This document shows, piece by piece, positions 12,601 through 26,901 of a stretch of 64,000 nt of DNA. The translations under genes were made by a program, and so were the position numbers. The notes under the pieces were generated by a model that saw nothing but the letters and a program-made list of their open reading frames with translations, did no database searches and was not told where the DNA came from. The stretch is from Octopus bimaculoides (Eukaryota): assembly GCF_001194135.2 (NCBI RefSeq), contig NC_068985.1, positions 110,390,946 through 110,454,945 of the forward strand, read 5' to 3'. Each line of letters opens with the position of its first letter. Position 1 is the stretch's first letter.

Positions 12601-15137
12601 TTTGAAGGGAATAGTAGTCATCTCCTTTGATTTCAAGATAGAAGCAAATAGGAAATAACTCTTTCTGACCAAAAACACAAAAAAAATTAATTTTGTTACA
12701 TTGTTATTTATGCCTCTCAGACATACACACACACAGTCCATTGCCAGTACCGCCAGACTTGCCCTTGTGCTGNNNNNNNNNNNNNNNNNNNNNNNNNNNN
12801 NNNNNNNNNNNNNNNNNNNNNNNNNNNNNNNNNNNNNNNNNNNNNNNNNNNNNNNNNNNNNNNNNNNNNNNNNNNNNNNNNNNNNNNNNNNNNNNNNNNN
12901 NNNNNNNNNNNNNNNNNNNNNNNNNNNNNNNNNNNNNNNNNNNNNNNNNNNNNNNNNNNNNNNNNNNNNNNNNNNNNNNNNNNNNNNNNNNNNNNNNNNN
13001 NNNNNNNNNNNNNNNNNNNNNNNNNNNNNNNNNNNNNNNNNNNNNNNNNNNNNNNNNNNNNNNNNNNNNNNNNNNNNNNNNNNNNNNNNNNNNNNNNNNN
13101 NNNNNNNNNNNNNNNNNNNNNNNNNNNNNNNNNNNNNNNNNNNNNNNNNNNNNNNNNNNNNNNNNNNNNNNNNNNNNNNNNNNNNNNNNNNNNNNCTGTA
13201 TTTTCCAGCATACAAGTCTATGTAGTTTGTAGTGTAAATTCAGTGTAAACATTTAAATGTTACTATTTTTCCTAATCCTCTTGTATTTCACATGGAATTT
13301 TTCGTCCTCCAAAGTACATGAATTGATTTACTGTTTTTGGCAGTAAATTTTAGTTTAAAAGATTCAACTTGCATGCCAGAAAATATGGCACTTTCCAATT
13401 CTAATCTGTGTTTTTTTTTTTTTTTCTCTTTCTCTTTTCATCTTGCTTTTTGGATTATCAGTCTTACCGAGATTTCTTTAGTAACATCCCCGATACTAAC
13501 CTCGTTACTCTTGGAGTGTCAGCATCAGCCATCTTCATCTTGGCTGTCGTTAAAGAACACATCAACAACAACCCCAAGATCAAACCAAAGTTGAAAATGC
13601 CGGTTCCAATTGAATTAATTATGGTAAGTAGATCTTAACCCAATCTGGATCCAAATGCCAGTAAATACTATCACAGCAACAGCTTTGTGCATCAGTATCT
13701 CTTATGTGTATATATGTGTGTATATATTTATACAGGTATGGCTTAGTTATTAGAGTGTTGCACTCACGGTTGCTAGATTGTGGGTTCGATTTCCAAACAA
13801 AGTGACATGTTGTTTTCTTGAGTACAACACTTCATTTCACTTTGCTCCAGTCTACTCAGCTGTAAATGGGTCACACCTCTGACGGAATATCCTTCCGATC
13901 AGGGAGAAATCTTGGCCTGCTCACCTAGCCAGTGGGGTGACATCATTTGAAAGCCAAAATAATGCAAATGAAAATTGTGACCAGCAATGTATAGAAACAT
14001 CTGATCGTCTGGTTGATCACATGATATATACATACACATGCATAGTTTTGCTGTGTTAATTACGAAACCATTGGTCTACCGTTAAGTTAAAAGTTTTTAG
14101 GAGGTTAGCTTTGAAAGTTGCATTCCCTCGCAATTGGTAAATATGTGCTTATTTTGGTAGTTTTGTCTTATGAAGGTCCTCTAAGCGTGAGGCATTATTG
14201 TATAGTAATGCCCTTATATAAATTAAATTATACACATGCATTTATATATATATATATATATATTTATGTAAAGGTGCGTGGTTCAGTGGTTAGAGTGTCA
14301 GGCTCACAATCATGAGGGAGTGAGTTCATTTCCCAGACCAGGCTGTGTATTGTGTTCATGAGCAAGACACTTTATTTCACATTGCTCCAGTTCACTTAGC
14401 CGTAAAAATGAGTTGTGATGTCACTGGTATCAAGCTGTATCGGCCTTTGGATAACATCAGTGGTATGGAGAGGGGAGACTGGTACGCATGGGCGACTGTT
14501 GGTCTTCCATAAATAACCTTGCTTGGAATTGTGCCTCGGAGGGGAACTTTCTAGGTGCAGTCCCATGGTCATTTATGACTGAAGGTCTTTACCCATATAT
14601 ATATATATACAAGAATAAGGGCAGGGAATCATCAATTAATAATAGAATTAATAATTAACAATTTTGCCAAGTAGTTCAGTATGAAAAAACCTTTATCGGT
14701 AAAACCATTTATCATCATAAATATACAGGGATTAGCATTGAGTTGTTTCTCCAACATACTGAAAATTTAGAAATAGCAGTCAAATATATATATATATATA
14801 TGTATGTATATATTGGTATATATATATATATATATATATGAGTGTTTATTGAGCAAAAACACCTAAAGCTCCATGAGGCTCTGGCAGGAGGTGGTAGTGA
14901 ACCCTGCTGCACTCTTTCACCACAACTTTCTCTCACTCTTTCTTCCTGTTACTGTTGTACCTGTATTTCAAAGGGTCAGCCTTGTCACATTCTGTGTCAC
15001 ACTGAATATCCCCGAGAACTACGTTAAGGGTACACGTATCTGTGGAGTGCTCAGCCACTTGCACGTTAATCTCACGAGCAGGCTGTTCCGTTGATCCGAT
15101 CAGCTGGAACCCTCGTCGTCATAACTGACGGAGTGCC

Positions 15138-15194
<57 letters not shown>

Positions 15195-16634
15195 GAGAAA
15201 ATGCGATGATGACAGAATAAACGAACCTTATGATCTTCATTAGATTGCAGCTGTTTCAACTATAAGATGCAGTGAACTCATAAATGAGTGCTTGAGTAAC
15301 ACCTAATGGCTTCATCATCTATCTACACATGTATGTATGTATATATTCTTTTTTATATACATATAGATGATAGATAGATATATTTTGTTGTTTCTGGGGT
15401 GAGTCATTCTCTTTTAGTGCCTGACTATTTAACATACTCACAAGCAAAGTTTCCACTCATTTACTTATTTATTTTTCCTAAAATTTATGTTGCGTCTTGC
15501 AACCTCCTCAGTAGGCACTAAAAGAGAATGACTCCCTCCAGACACAACAAAATATGTTACAACACATGAACTCACATAAAGAATCTTGCAAACCAAATCC
15601 AAAATCGAAATAGATATAGATATGTACGTATTTATGTGTGTGTGTGTATGTATAAATATGTGTGTGTGTGTGTGTGTGTGTATAAATATGTGTGTGTGTG
15701 TATANNNNNNNNNNNNNNNNNNNNNNNNNNNNNNNNNNNNNNNNNNNNNNNNNNNNNNNNNNNNNNNNNNNNNNNNNNNNNNNNNNNNNNNNNNNNNNNN
15801 NNNNNNNNNNNNNNNNNNNNNNNNNNNNNNNNNNNNNNNNNNNNNNNNNNNNNNNNNNNNNNNNNNNNNNNNNNNNNNNNNNNNNNNNNNNNNNNNNNNN
15901 NNNNNNNNNNNNNNNNNNNNNNNNNNNNNNNNNNNNNNNNNNNNNNNNNNNNNNNNNNNNNNNNNNNNNNNNNNNNNNNNNNNNNNNNNNNNNNNNNNNN
16001 NNNNNNNNNNNNNNNNNNNNNNNNNNNNNNNNNNNNNNNNNNNNNNNNNNNNNNNNNNNNNNNNNNNNNNNNNNNNNNNNNNNNNNNNNNNNNNNNNNNN
16101 NNNNNNNNNNNNNNNNNNNNNNNNNNNNNNNNNNNNNNNNNNNNNNNNNNNNNNNNNNNNNNNNNNNNNNNNNNNNNNNNNNNNNNNNNNNNNNNNNNNN
16201 NNNNNNNNNNNNNNNNNNNNNNNNNNNNNNNNNNNNNNNNNNNNNNNNNNNNNNNNNNNNNNNNNNNNNNNNNNNNNNNNNNNNNNNNNNNNNNNNNNNN
16301 NNNNNNNNNNNNNNNNNNNNNNNNNNNNNNNNNNNNNNNNNNNNNNNNNNNNNNNNNNNNNNNNNNNNNNNNNNNNNNNNNNNNNNNNNNNNNNNNNNNN
16401 NNNNNNNNNNNNNNNNNNNNNNNNNNNNNNNNNNNNNNNNNNNNNNNNNNNNNNNNNNNNNNNNNNNNNNNNNNNNNNNNNNNNNNNNNNNNNNNNNNNN
16501 NNNNNNNNNNNNNNNNNNNNNNNNNNNNNNNNNNNNNNNNNNNNNNNNNNNNNNNNNNNNNNNNNNNNNNNNNNNNNNNNNGTGGTGGTGGTGGTTGTTG
16601 TTGTTGTTGTTGTTGTTGTTAATATTAATATTAC

Positions 16635-16697
<63 letters not shown>

Positions 16698-19600
16698 TAT
16701 TCAGGTCGTCCTTGGTACAGTAACTTCCTATTTTCTAAAGCTGGGTGATAAACATAATGTTGTCATTGTTGGAAACATCCCGACTGGGTGAGTTACTTTT
16801 GTGAGACAGCTGTGTTGTTATGGACTTGTAATATGGATGGATGATGCATACTGGTGTAAATGTGCCATGAGTTAAAGGATAAGGCTAACAAATAGAGCCA
16901 AAAAAAAAAATGTCTGAGAAGGCATGTGAGGCTAAGATCTGAGAATGTGAGGCCTCTCTAGTGAGATAACAACGGAATGAAGTTAAGCAGATGTGATATA
17001 TGTGTTACATATTTACTTGATGTAGCATGGAAAAATTGATGTTAAAATAATAATAATAATGGTAGGTGGTAGGTGACAGTAATGAGCCTATTATCTCCTG
17101 GTTAGTTTTATTGCTAATAATATATANNNNNNNNNNTCCCCCCCCCCGCCTCCCAGTAAATGTTGAAATAATATTTTTTACATTGATTTATCATAATTGA
17201 AAATTATATTTTATGCAAAATCATATTAAAAATTAAAATTTTCCATAAATTTAAACATTACACTTGAATTCAATTATAAATTCAATTTTGGACTAAATCA
17301 AATTACCCCTTATCCAATCATTGTTTTCTCACATTTGTTCTGATGTTGTTTCAGTATTCCTCCACCAACACCACCACCATTTAACTACTTGGCCGAGGTC
17401 GTGACAGATGCTATAGCCATATCTATTGTAGCTTTTGCTATCAACGTGTCCATGTGTAAAATGCTAGCTAGGAAACATGACTATGATATCAACCCCAACC
17501 AGGTAACAATTGTTTGTTTTCTTCATCTTCTGTTAAATAGATATTAATACATGCCTTTTCTTCTCTATTATAAAAGCTATGTGTCTCTGGTGATTTGATA
17601 ATAAATTTGGTTATGTCTGTATTATGTAACTAATGATCAACTTATGTTAATGAAATGTACATAAAATAGAAGCCCGTCGTATATATGTATATATATGTGT
17701 GTGTGTATGTTTGGATGTCTGTGTTTGTCCCCCCAACATCGCTTGACAACCGATCCGATGGTGGTGTGTTTATGTCCCCATAACATAGCGGTTTGGCAAA
17801 AGAGACCAATAGAATAAGTAATAGGCTTCCACAGAATAAGTCCTAGGGTCAATTTGCTCGACTAAAGGTGGTGCTCCAGCGTGGCTGCAGTCAAATGACT
17901 GGAAACAAGTAAAAGAATAAAAGAATACATTTATTCAAACTTTGTTTTCTTTTAATGTTAGGATGAACAAAAGCAAAGTTCTTCACTGCATACAGTACTG
18001 GTTCCAAATTGTACTTCATCAACCTCTGTACAAACACATACTGTTTTTATTAACTCTGATTTATTGAGCATTTAAACTAGAAGAGCTCTACACTTCTGAT
18101 GACAAGGGCAAAATATATGTGAACTTTTATATGTAACTTTATTGTTGCTATTCTCTATTCTTGTTGGGAACACCAGTTTTTCAAACAAATGATCTTCTTT
18201 GTGATAGATCGGCACAACACATGCTTACAAGTGTAGATTGACATGATTGGGCAACACATACTCTTTTACTCTTTTACTTGTTTCAGTCATTTTGACTGCG
18301 GCCATGCTGGAGCACCGCCTTTAGTCGAGAAATTGGACCCCAGGACTTATTCTTTTTGTAAACCTAGTACTTATTCTATCGGTCTCTTTTTGCCAAACCG
18401 CTAAGTTACGGGGACGTAAACACACCAGCATCGGTTGTCAAGTGATGGTGGGGGGACAAACACAGACACGCAAACACACACACACNNNNNNNNNNNNNNN
18501 NNNNNNNNNNNNNNNNNNNNNNNNNNNNNNNNNNNNNNNNNNNNNNNNNNNNNNNNNNNNNNNNNNNNNNNNNNNNNNNNNNNNNNNATATATATATATA
18601 TACATATATACGACGGGCTTCTTTCAATTTCCGTCTACCAAATCCACTCACAAGGCTTTGGTCGGCCTGAGGCTATAGTAGAAGACACTTGCCCAAGGTG
18701 CCACACAGTGGGACTGAACCCGGAACCATGTGGTTGGTAAGCAAGCTATTTACCACACAGCCACTCCTGCGCCTGTTTACAAGTTTATAAGCATTTACGA
18801 CTCTGCTCTATGTTGGTAACTTTGACCTGTCAAACTAACTGCTACTACCTAGAATTATGTTGAATTTGTGTTCAAACCTTCTTCTGCCACCACTATATCA
18901 TGCGAATCCTGATAACTCTTCTACAAACCTTAATACAATTGTGCAAAGTGTCAACCAACTCTATGCTAACACAGCCAGACTGATATTATTTGCAAGAGCC
19001 AATATAACTCAAAAGTGACAGACAGCTTACAGTTATGCTGTCAGATACTAATAACAATGGATGGCTCCTTAATCATACGTGTTCCGTCATGAGCATTCTT
19101 TTTGTTTTAAGGTATCTAATACTGTGTTATCTAATATGACCTTCAGTTGAGTTTGATTTTTTAAAAGATTTTAACTGCTATTTCTAGTAGAGTGAATGAC
19201 CACATTGAGATCCCTTCATTGGCTCATGTAAAAGATGGCTGTTAACAATTCTGGATATGGCATGGTTTCCAAGAAATGTTGCATGTCATGATGGTGCCTC
19301 TATGAACACGAAAAGTCCTCAACTAAAGCCCTTGTGATCCCATCAAGTACTAGGCCTCACTATCTGTCATAGGGGCACTTTCTTAACAGAATAAAGACTC
19401 TATCACAAAACAAAACAAACAAAAAAAAAAAGAAGGCCCCTTCCTCTTCAAAGCCAGTAAATATTTCAGGCTTTAACAATTATTGACTCCTTACAAAGCT
19501 CAGGGATACTCATAATGGAGTATTGCTCCTACATCTAGGATAGCTTTGCTACCACACATCATACATACGTCTTAGATCATATATAGAAAATACCACTCAA

Positions 19601-22600
19601 ATGATTGGCAGGAAGTCACTTATAAACACACTTCAGCCTCTAGCTTACAGATATTAAAGCTTGCTTTGCAACCATGTGATTTCAGGTTCAGTACCACTGC
19701 ACAGCTAGTGTCTCTTTGGCTTAGTGTTTTCTACTATGGATCTGGGCTGACCAATTCCTTGTGAGTGAATTTGTGGCAGAAGGAAACTGTGTGGAAGCCC
19801 ATTGTATATATGTATTCGTGTGTCTTTATATATGTGTTGGGGCCACACACACACTCCCACCTCTGCCACCCAACCATTGCTTGACGACCAGTGTTGCATC
19901 CCTGTGACTTAGCTGTTCAGCAAAGGAAACTAATAGAATAAGTACCACTCTTGAAAAAACATCAGTGCTGGGGTTGATCTGTTTGACTAAACCCTTCAAG
20001 GTAGTGCTCCGGCTTGGCTGCTGTTCCAGTACCTGAAATGTGTTAAAGGTAAAGGTATTGTCTAGAATCATCATCATCATCATTTAATGCCTATTGTCCA
20101 TGCTGGCATGGGTTGGATAGTTTGACCAGTCTGATTTGGTATGGTTTCTACAGTTGGATGCCCTTTGTTACACCACCCACTCTGAGAGTGTAATGGGTGC
20201 TTTTACATGCTACCGGCATGGGTGCTCGTTACATGACACTAGTATCTGCCACAACTACAATTTTGCTTGGCTTGAAAGACCTTCTTCTGAAACACAGCAT
20301 ATTGCCAAAGATCTTGGTGATCTGTCATTGCCTCTATGAGGCCCAACACTTGAAAGGTACTTTGTACGTGACACCGGCATTGGCCACATTGCCTCCATGA
20401 GGCCCAATGTTCAAAAGGGGCTTTTTGCATGTCACCTGAATGGGTGCCAGTTACATGACACTCTGCCTTCTTTGTTTTTAAGAAAGTAGAAATCTTATGT
20501 GAGAGGTATTTAGTAATTTATTGTAACACTGATGTGATAATACCATAAATATCAGAAGCACTTGCTAACAGTTCTGTGAAACATCTGTTCTTTGTTGCAG
20601 GAATTAATTGCTTATGGTTTCTGCAATGTCTTCAGTTCCTTTTTCTCAGCCTTCTGCAGTGCCGTCTCACTCTCAAGAAGTCTTGTCCAAGAAAATGTTG
20701 GCTGTAAAACTCAGGTAAAGTCATAAATGCCTTGTTTATTATTATTATTTTTTTTTTCTGTTCAACAAAGAACAGTACTCCATTGTTCACAGGTTTTTGA
20801 TTTAAAAAAATGGGATTAGATTACCAATGCAGTGTTTACTGATTAACTGTTAGGAATTTTTTTTAATGATATTATGTTCACCACCATATTATTTATTGAT
20901 AGTATTCACTGTTTAACTGATTACTAGTATAGCGTTTATTAATAAGATGTTCAATCATTGTTACATTTAACAAAATATAGTATACTGAAGTATCAGGTCA
21001 TTAAGAATGAAATATCTGGTTTTGAACTGAAAGTTTATTTTACTTTATCTCAACAAAAAGCAAAGCAGTTAATCAAAGTATGCACCTAAATCATGAACAC
21101 GATTTTGCCATTTCATCGATAGCTTATTTATGCCAGCATAAATAAGCTAAGAATTCTGTAATGAAATCATGAAAGGCTGTTTTTGCATCTTCTTCAGATT
21201 TGAAGTTTTTTCGTTGCAAAAAGTTGTCTAATGCCTGGAAAACGTGATAGTCAGTTGGTGCAAGGTCTGGTGAATATGGTGGATGACAGAGTACTTCCAA
21301 GTTCAGTTCCTATAACTTGAGTAGTGTTCTTTGTGCTACTTGTGGTCAAGTATTGTCTTACAAGAGAATTGGCTTGTCTCTATTGACCAGTCTCAGTTGT
21401 TTTATTGCTAGTTCACTCATCAATTCATCCAATTGGTTGAGGTATACATCTGCTGTAATTGACTGATCAGGTCTCATGAAGCTGTAGTGAATGACACCAG
21501 CGCTAGATCACCAAACAGACACCATTAGCTTTTTTGGGGGAATATTCTTTTTTGGGCTGTGTTTTGGCACTTCTTCTCTATCCAACCACTGTGCAGAACA
21601 CTTGCTATTGTTGAAAAGAATCCATTTTTCATCACACGTAACAATACGATGCAAAAATGGTTTGCTTTATGCTATGACAGCAAAGAACAGCAAGTTTCAA
21701 GATGACATGTCATTTGATGCTCGTCCAGTTCATGTGGTACCCACTCATTCTGCTTCTTTACCCTGCCGATTTGTTTCAGATGGTCCAATACAGCTGAAAT
21801 CGAAATATCAAACCTTGCTGTTAACTCACGCATACTTTGAGATGTATCCGCTTCCACTGCAGTTTCCAGCTCATTATTCACCTTGGTCTCAGGTCTACCA
21901 CGGGGCTGATTTTCAAGAGTAAAGTCACCAGACAGGAACTTCTCAAACCATTGACATACAGTGCACTCATTTGCCACATCTTCACCAAACACCTCATTGA
22001 TGTTTCAAGTTGTCTGGGATGCATTGGTTCCATCATGGAACTCATACATTAAACAACATGAATTTTTGATCAATCCATGGGTTCACGAAAACTGATTTAC
22101 AAGAGAAAACTCACAATATAATCAAACAGCATGAATTGCATTTCAAAAGGTGATGATGTAACTCTTCAATGTTGCAAAACAAAGAATAGTCAGGATAAAA
22201 CATTAGAGTTGACGACTGTCAAACTTGATGCATAAGAAAATCAGACATTTCATTCTTAATGACCTGATAATATTTTATGGTGAACTGTTTACTGATGTGG
22301 TATGTTGCTTGTGAACTGTTTACTATTGTGCTATGATGTTAGTGAACTGTTTACCAATGAATTGTTTACTAATGTGGCATCCTACTTGTGAACTATTTAT
22401 TAGTATGGTTTGCTGCTGGTGAAGTGTTTACTGATGTGGTATGCTGTTGGGTATCTGTTGAAAATTATACTATTTACTGTTGGACTGTTCACTATCTTTG
22501 TTCTTGCTGGAGTGTTGTTCATTGATGAACTGTCTACTGATGGTTTACTGAACTGTTAACTATTAAAATAGATTCTACTGCGATTTATGAAACTAATGTA

Positions 22601-25600
22601 TACTAGTACAATTGTTTACCACAACAGCATATACCACTTTCATCTTTACCATTGCTGGAGATGTACCACATTGTGTACATCTACAGTGTATTCTTTTTCA
22701 ATGTTTACCACTTCTATGTTCACTAACACAGTGTTGACAATCCTCCTCCAGTTTTTTTATTGTTTAGTTTCGCAATTTTAAGCACCAGAATGCAAATAGG
22801 CCTTTCCTGCTTCATTAACTATACAATTCTTTGTTGCTGCAGGTGACTGGTTTATTCTCATCGGTGCTAATCCTAATAGTACTCCTTGTTGTTGGTCCCT
22901 TGTTCAGGACCTTACCAAATGTAAGTTGTAAATTTTTCACCTCTTGATTATAAAGTATTGTAATCATCATCATTATCATCATCATCACCATCATCATTGG
23001 AATTTTGAAAGAAGTTTCTATAAAACAAGGTTTTAAACAGCAAATGACTATGGGTGGGGAGGGGGGTCCACCAGAATAAAATAGTAATCACAGAGGTCCA
23101 TAGATAAAAAAATGGTTGCGAACCCCTGGATAAGATGGTTCAAAAGGAACTGACATACCAGAAGACTTAACCAAACACTAGTGAGGTACCAAAATGACTT
23201 GCAAGATTAGACGCTTCCACCCACCCCTAACTTACTTAACTGAGCAGGGAGCTGTATTTAGGGAAGTGGCTTTATGTCAGGTGATGAGAGGCGGATTGGA
23301 ATGGATAGGATAGCTGGATTGGAATGGATGTCTTGCTGAAGGGAGATAATTTGAGAAGTATTACTAATCTAAGAAAGGTATATATATTAATTTAAGAAAG
23401 CAGGTATTTATACTAAATTGAAAAACAAGTGTATTTACTAATTTGAGAAAAAAGCATATATACTAATTTGCGAATATTTGTATGTCTATATTACGGAGAT
23501 GTACTTGCATAGCAAGTGACCTGATCTGAGATCGTGTGCTGGAACGAAAACAATTGCAGCGTGGAAGGTGTTTATAAGCCATTTAAAATAACACACAAAA
23601 GCCATTAGATTCACTTCAACATTTAAATTTAATTTGTCAAAATATTTTCGTTGCTTCGAGACCAAGACCTGTTCACTGACAAAATTCTGTGCTGCATCTC
23701 TGAATTTAAATGTTGAAGTGAATCTAATGGTTTTTGTGTCTTATTTTAAATGGCTTATAAACACCTTCCACGCTGCAATTGTATATTGTCTTTACTCTTT
23801 TACTTGTTTCAGTCTTTTGACTGTGGCCATGCTGGAACACCGCCTTTTAGTCGAGCAAATCGACCCCAGGACTTATNNNNNNNNNNNNNNNNNNNNNNNN
23901 NNNNNNNNNNNNNNNNNNNNNNNNNNNNNNNNNNNNNNNNNNNNNNNNNNNNNNNNNTATATATATATATATATATATATGTGTTAGGAAGGGCATCCAG
24001 CTGTAGAAACTCTGCCAAATTTAGATTGGAGCCTGGTGTTGCCATCCGGTTTCACCAGTCCTCAGTCAAGTCGTCCAACCCATGCTAGCATGGAAAGCGG
24101 AAGTTAAACGATGATGATGATATATATACTAATTTGAGAAAGAGGTGTATATACTAATTAATTGTAAATTCTCCAGCTTTACAGTCAGAAAGCTGAGGGA
24201 GGACACCTGTGTAGTTACTCAACCTGTTAAAATGAACATAAATCTCCTTCAAATCACATCTTATTATCTTGGGAGGAAAAAAATAGGCTCATTGAATAAT
24301 ATAAGCTATTAACCAATGAGAATAATAATAATTAATCCTGGAAATAAAATAAAATTAATGCTAAACAATTTTAATGCTGTTAGCTCAGCTGTCATTTGTA
24401 ATTCTTTGTGCATCATTTCCAAAGCGCAATAATTAAAACATTATACATCAAAACCTTATTAAATATCAAATAATAATGATTTTTAACAAAGGTACAAGGC
24501 CAAAAATTTGAGATGGGACAGTAATAGTAACAGCCAATTGAATCAATTGAAGTAGTTGACTGATTCTTGTTATATTGAACCAAAGAAAAAGAGAAGTAGA
24601 GCCAACGGCAGTGAGCTTTGAATTTAAATTGTAAAACCAAAAAAGACTACTGAATTTATCCATCACTCTAGGAATACTAATCAGTGATGTAGACATAATA
24701 ACAGAAACATAATATTATGTCAGAAAGTCGCAAATATATAGAGGAGAGGATTAAAAATGCATGACATAGGTGTTTTTCAATAGTATCAACAATACAGGTG
24801 GAGTAAAATTTGCTTCAGACGGGAAATAAAATTACATAAAAGATGGGATGATTATGTCTGAGCTCAGTAAACCAGATTACCTGAGGATTAAATTGTAACA
24901 ACAGTTCCATTTCTTTTGATCATTGTTTTGTTTAAATTCATTGTCAAAAGACCTCTTCTTTGTTTCCACATTTCACAAACATCATACTCACTTGAACTTC
25001 AGGGCTGGCTCTATGTAAACTGTGCAATTGCTTAACCCTTTAGCATTCAAATTATTCTGTCAAACCATAATGCTTTTTTATTTACATTGTTTTGAATTAA
25101 GCAATCATTATCTCATAGATTGAAATTTTTGATGATGTGATTTTTATATTTTTAGAATGACATTGCAGGGTGGATGTGAGAGGCTTTTGAACATAAAACT
25201 GAAAGAATACTTGGGTTGGATATCGCCAGTTTAAATCCTAATGGGTTAAGGTGCTGAAATTTGAGGATCACACATAAGCTCAGAACAACTTATACATAAT
25301 TTCATAATTCAACTAAAAAAAAAAAAAAGACACTTAAATGGGGAAGGAGGAGGATTTTTCAGCTAGTACAAAAGACAGTGATGGATGAAGGAAGTTCTAG
25401 GAAAAAAAATTAGTGAAGGATGCCCATTATAGAGTTGGAAGACAAAGGCACACGTTGTTGTTGGCACTTCGTCGCTTACGACGTCGAGGATTCCAGTTGA
25501 TCCGATCAACGTAACAACCTGCTCGTGAAATTAACGTGCAAGTGGCTGAGCACTCCACAGACACGTGTACCCTTAACGTAGTTCTCGGGGATATTCAGCG

Positions 25601-26863
25601 TGACACAGTGTGACAAGGCTGACCCTTTGAATTACAGGCACAACAGAAACAGGAAGTAAGAGTGAGAGAAAGTTGTAGTGAAAGAGTACCGCAGGGTTCG
25701 CCACCATCCCCTGCCGGAGCCTCATGGAGCTTTAAGTGTTTTCGCTCAATAAACACACACAACGCCCGGTCTGGGAATCGGAACCACGATCCTATGACCG
25801 CGAGTCCGCTGCCCTAACCACTGGGCCATTGCACCTCCATGCACACATTGAGAAGAGAATAAACAGTGTAGGGCTGGGAGAAGGAATTGTATATTGTAGG
25901 GCTGAGATAGAAGGTGCATGCATATTATTGGGCTGAGATAGAGTGTGCATATCATGGGGCTGGAAGAAGGTAATGTATGTTGTATGGAATATAGGGACAT
26001 ATATTATAAGGCTGAATTAAGGTGTTTAATATCCTGGCACTGCTCTGTAAAACTTCTTTCAAATTCTTCATTTCACTGTTTTAATGTACAATTTATTTTA
26101 TTTTATTTTATTTTATTTATTAAATAATTATCTATTAAATAATTATCTATTAAATAATTATTAAATAATTTATTTTATTTTATTTTATTTAATGCACAAT
26201 TGATTTTAATTTCCTGCTTCATTTCAATTCTCTCTTTCTCTCTTTTATTCCAGTGTGTTCTGGCTTCAATTATAATTGTGGCATTGAAGGGAATGTTCCG
26301 ACAATTTACAGAACTTCATCGTCTCTGGTGGATCTCAAAAATAGATTTTGTAAGTTATCTAGAAATCAGTTTTCTTTTTTTTTCTTTTTCTTTTTTTCAG
26401 ATTTGTATTTTTTTTTCATAGCAACAGGATTTGATGTGATACCTAGTAATGTATCTGACACAATTTGTGGCCCTCATAAAAGACCCTGAAAACATTTTTT
26501 TTTAATGTTTTTTTTTATATCAACCTTCCTGCGACTATTCCTGGTTCTATGATACAAATTTCCTATTTTGAGGTGATCTAAATGAAAACTTTCACAAGCA
26601 ATAAAAGAAATCAATAAGAAATAACTTAAGCCAGTGTGGAAACCCCTTTATAGTAGCTTGACCTGCTAGAAATAGCAGGCATGTCACTCTCTTTCCACAC
26701 TTTACTATCTTTAGAAATACAGAATGATGCACATGATTAGCACCATCACCACTGCAATTTAATGTCCATTTTTCCATGCTTGCATGGGTCAAATGGAATT
26801 TGTTGAAGCACATTTTCTACAGACAGATATCCTTCCTGTCTTGTTTTTCCTGTCTAACCTCTT

Positions 26864-26901
<38 letters not shown>

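Noticed and set aside
15508-16791. Long ORFs with poly-N/V/I/L/C, YIYI or X runs (and similar ORFs across all gaps)
   Set aside because: Artefacts of microsatellites and N gaps; only the last 28 codons of 15586-16791 are real (exon E)
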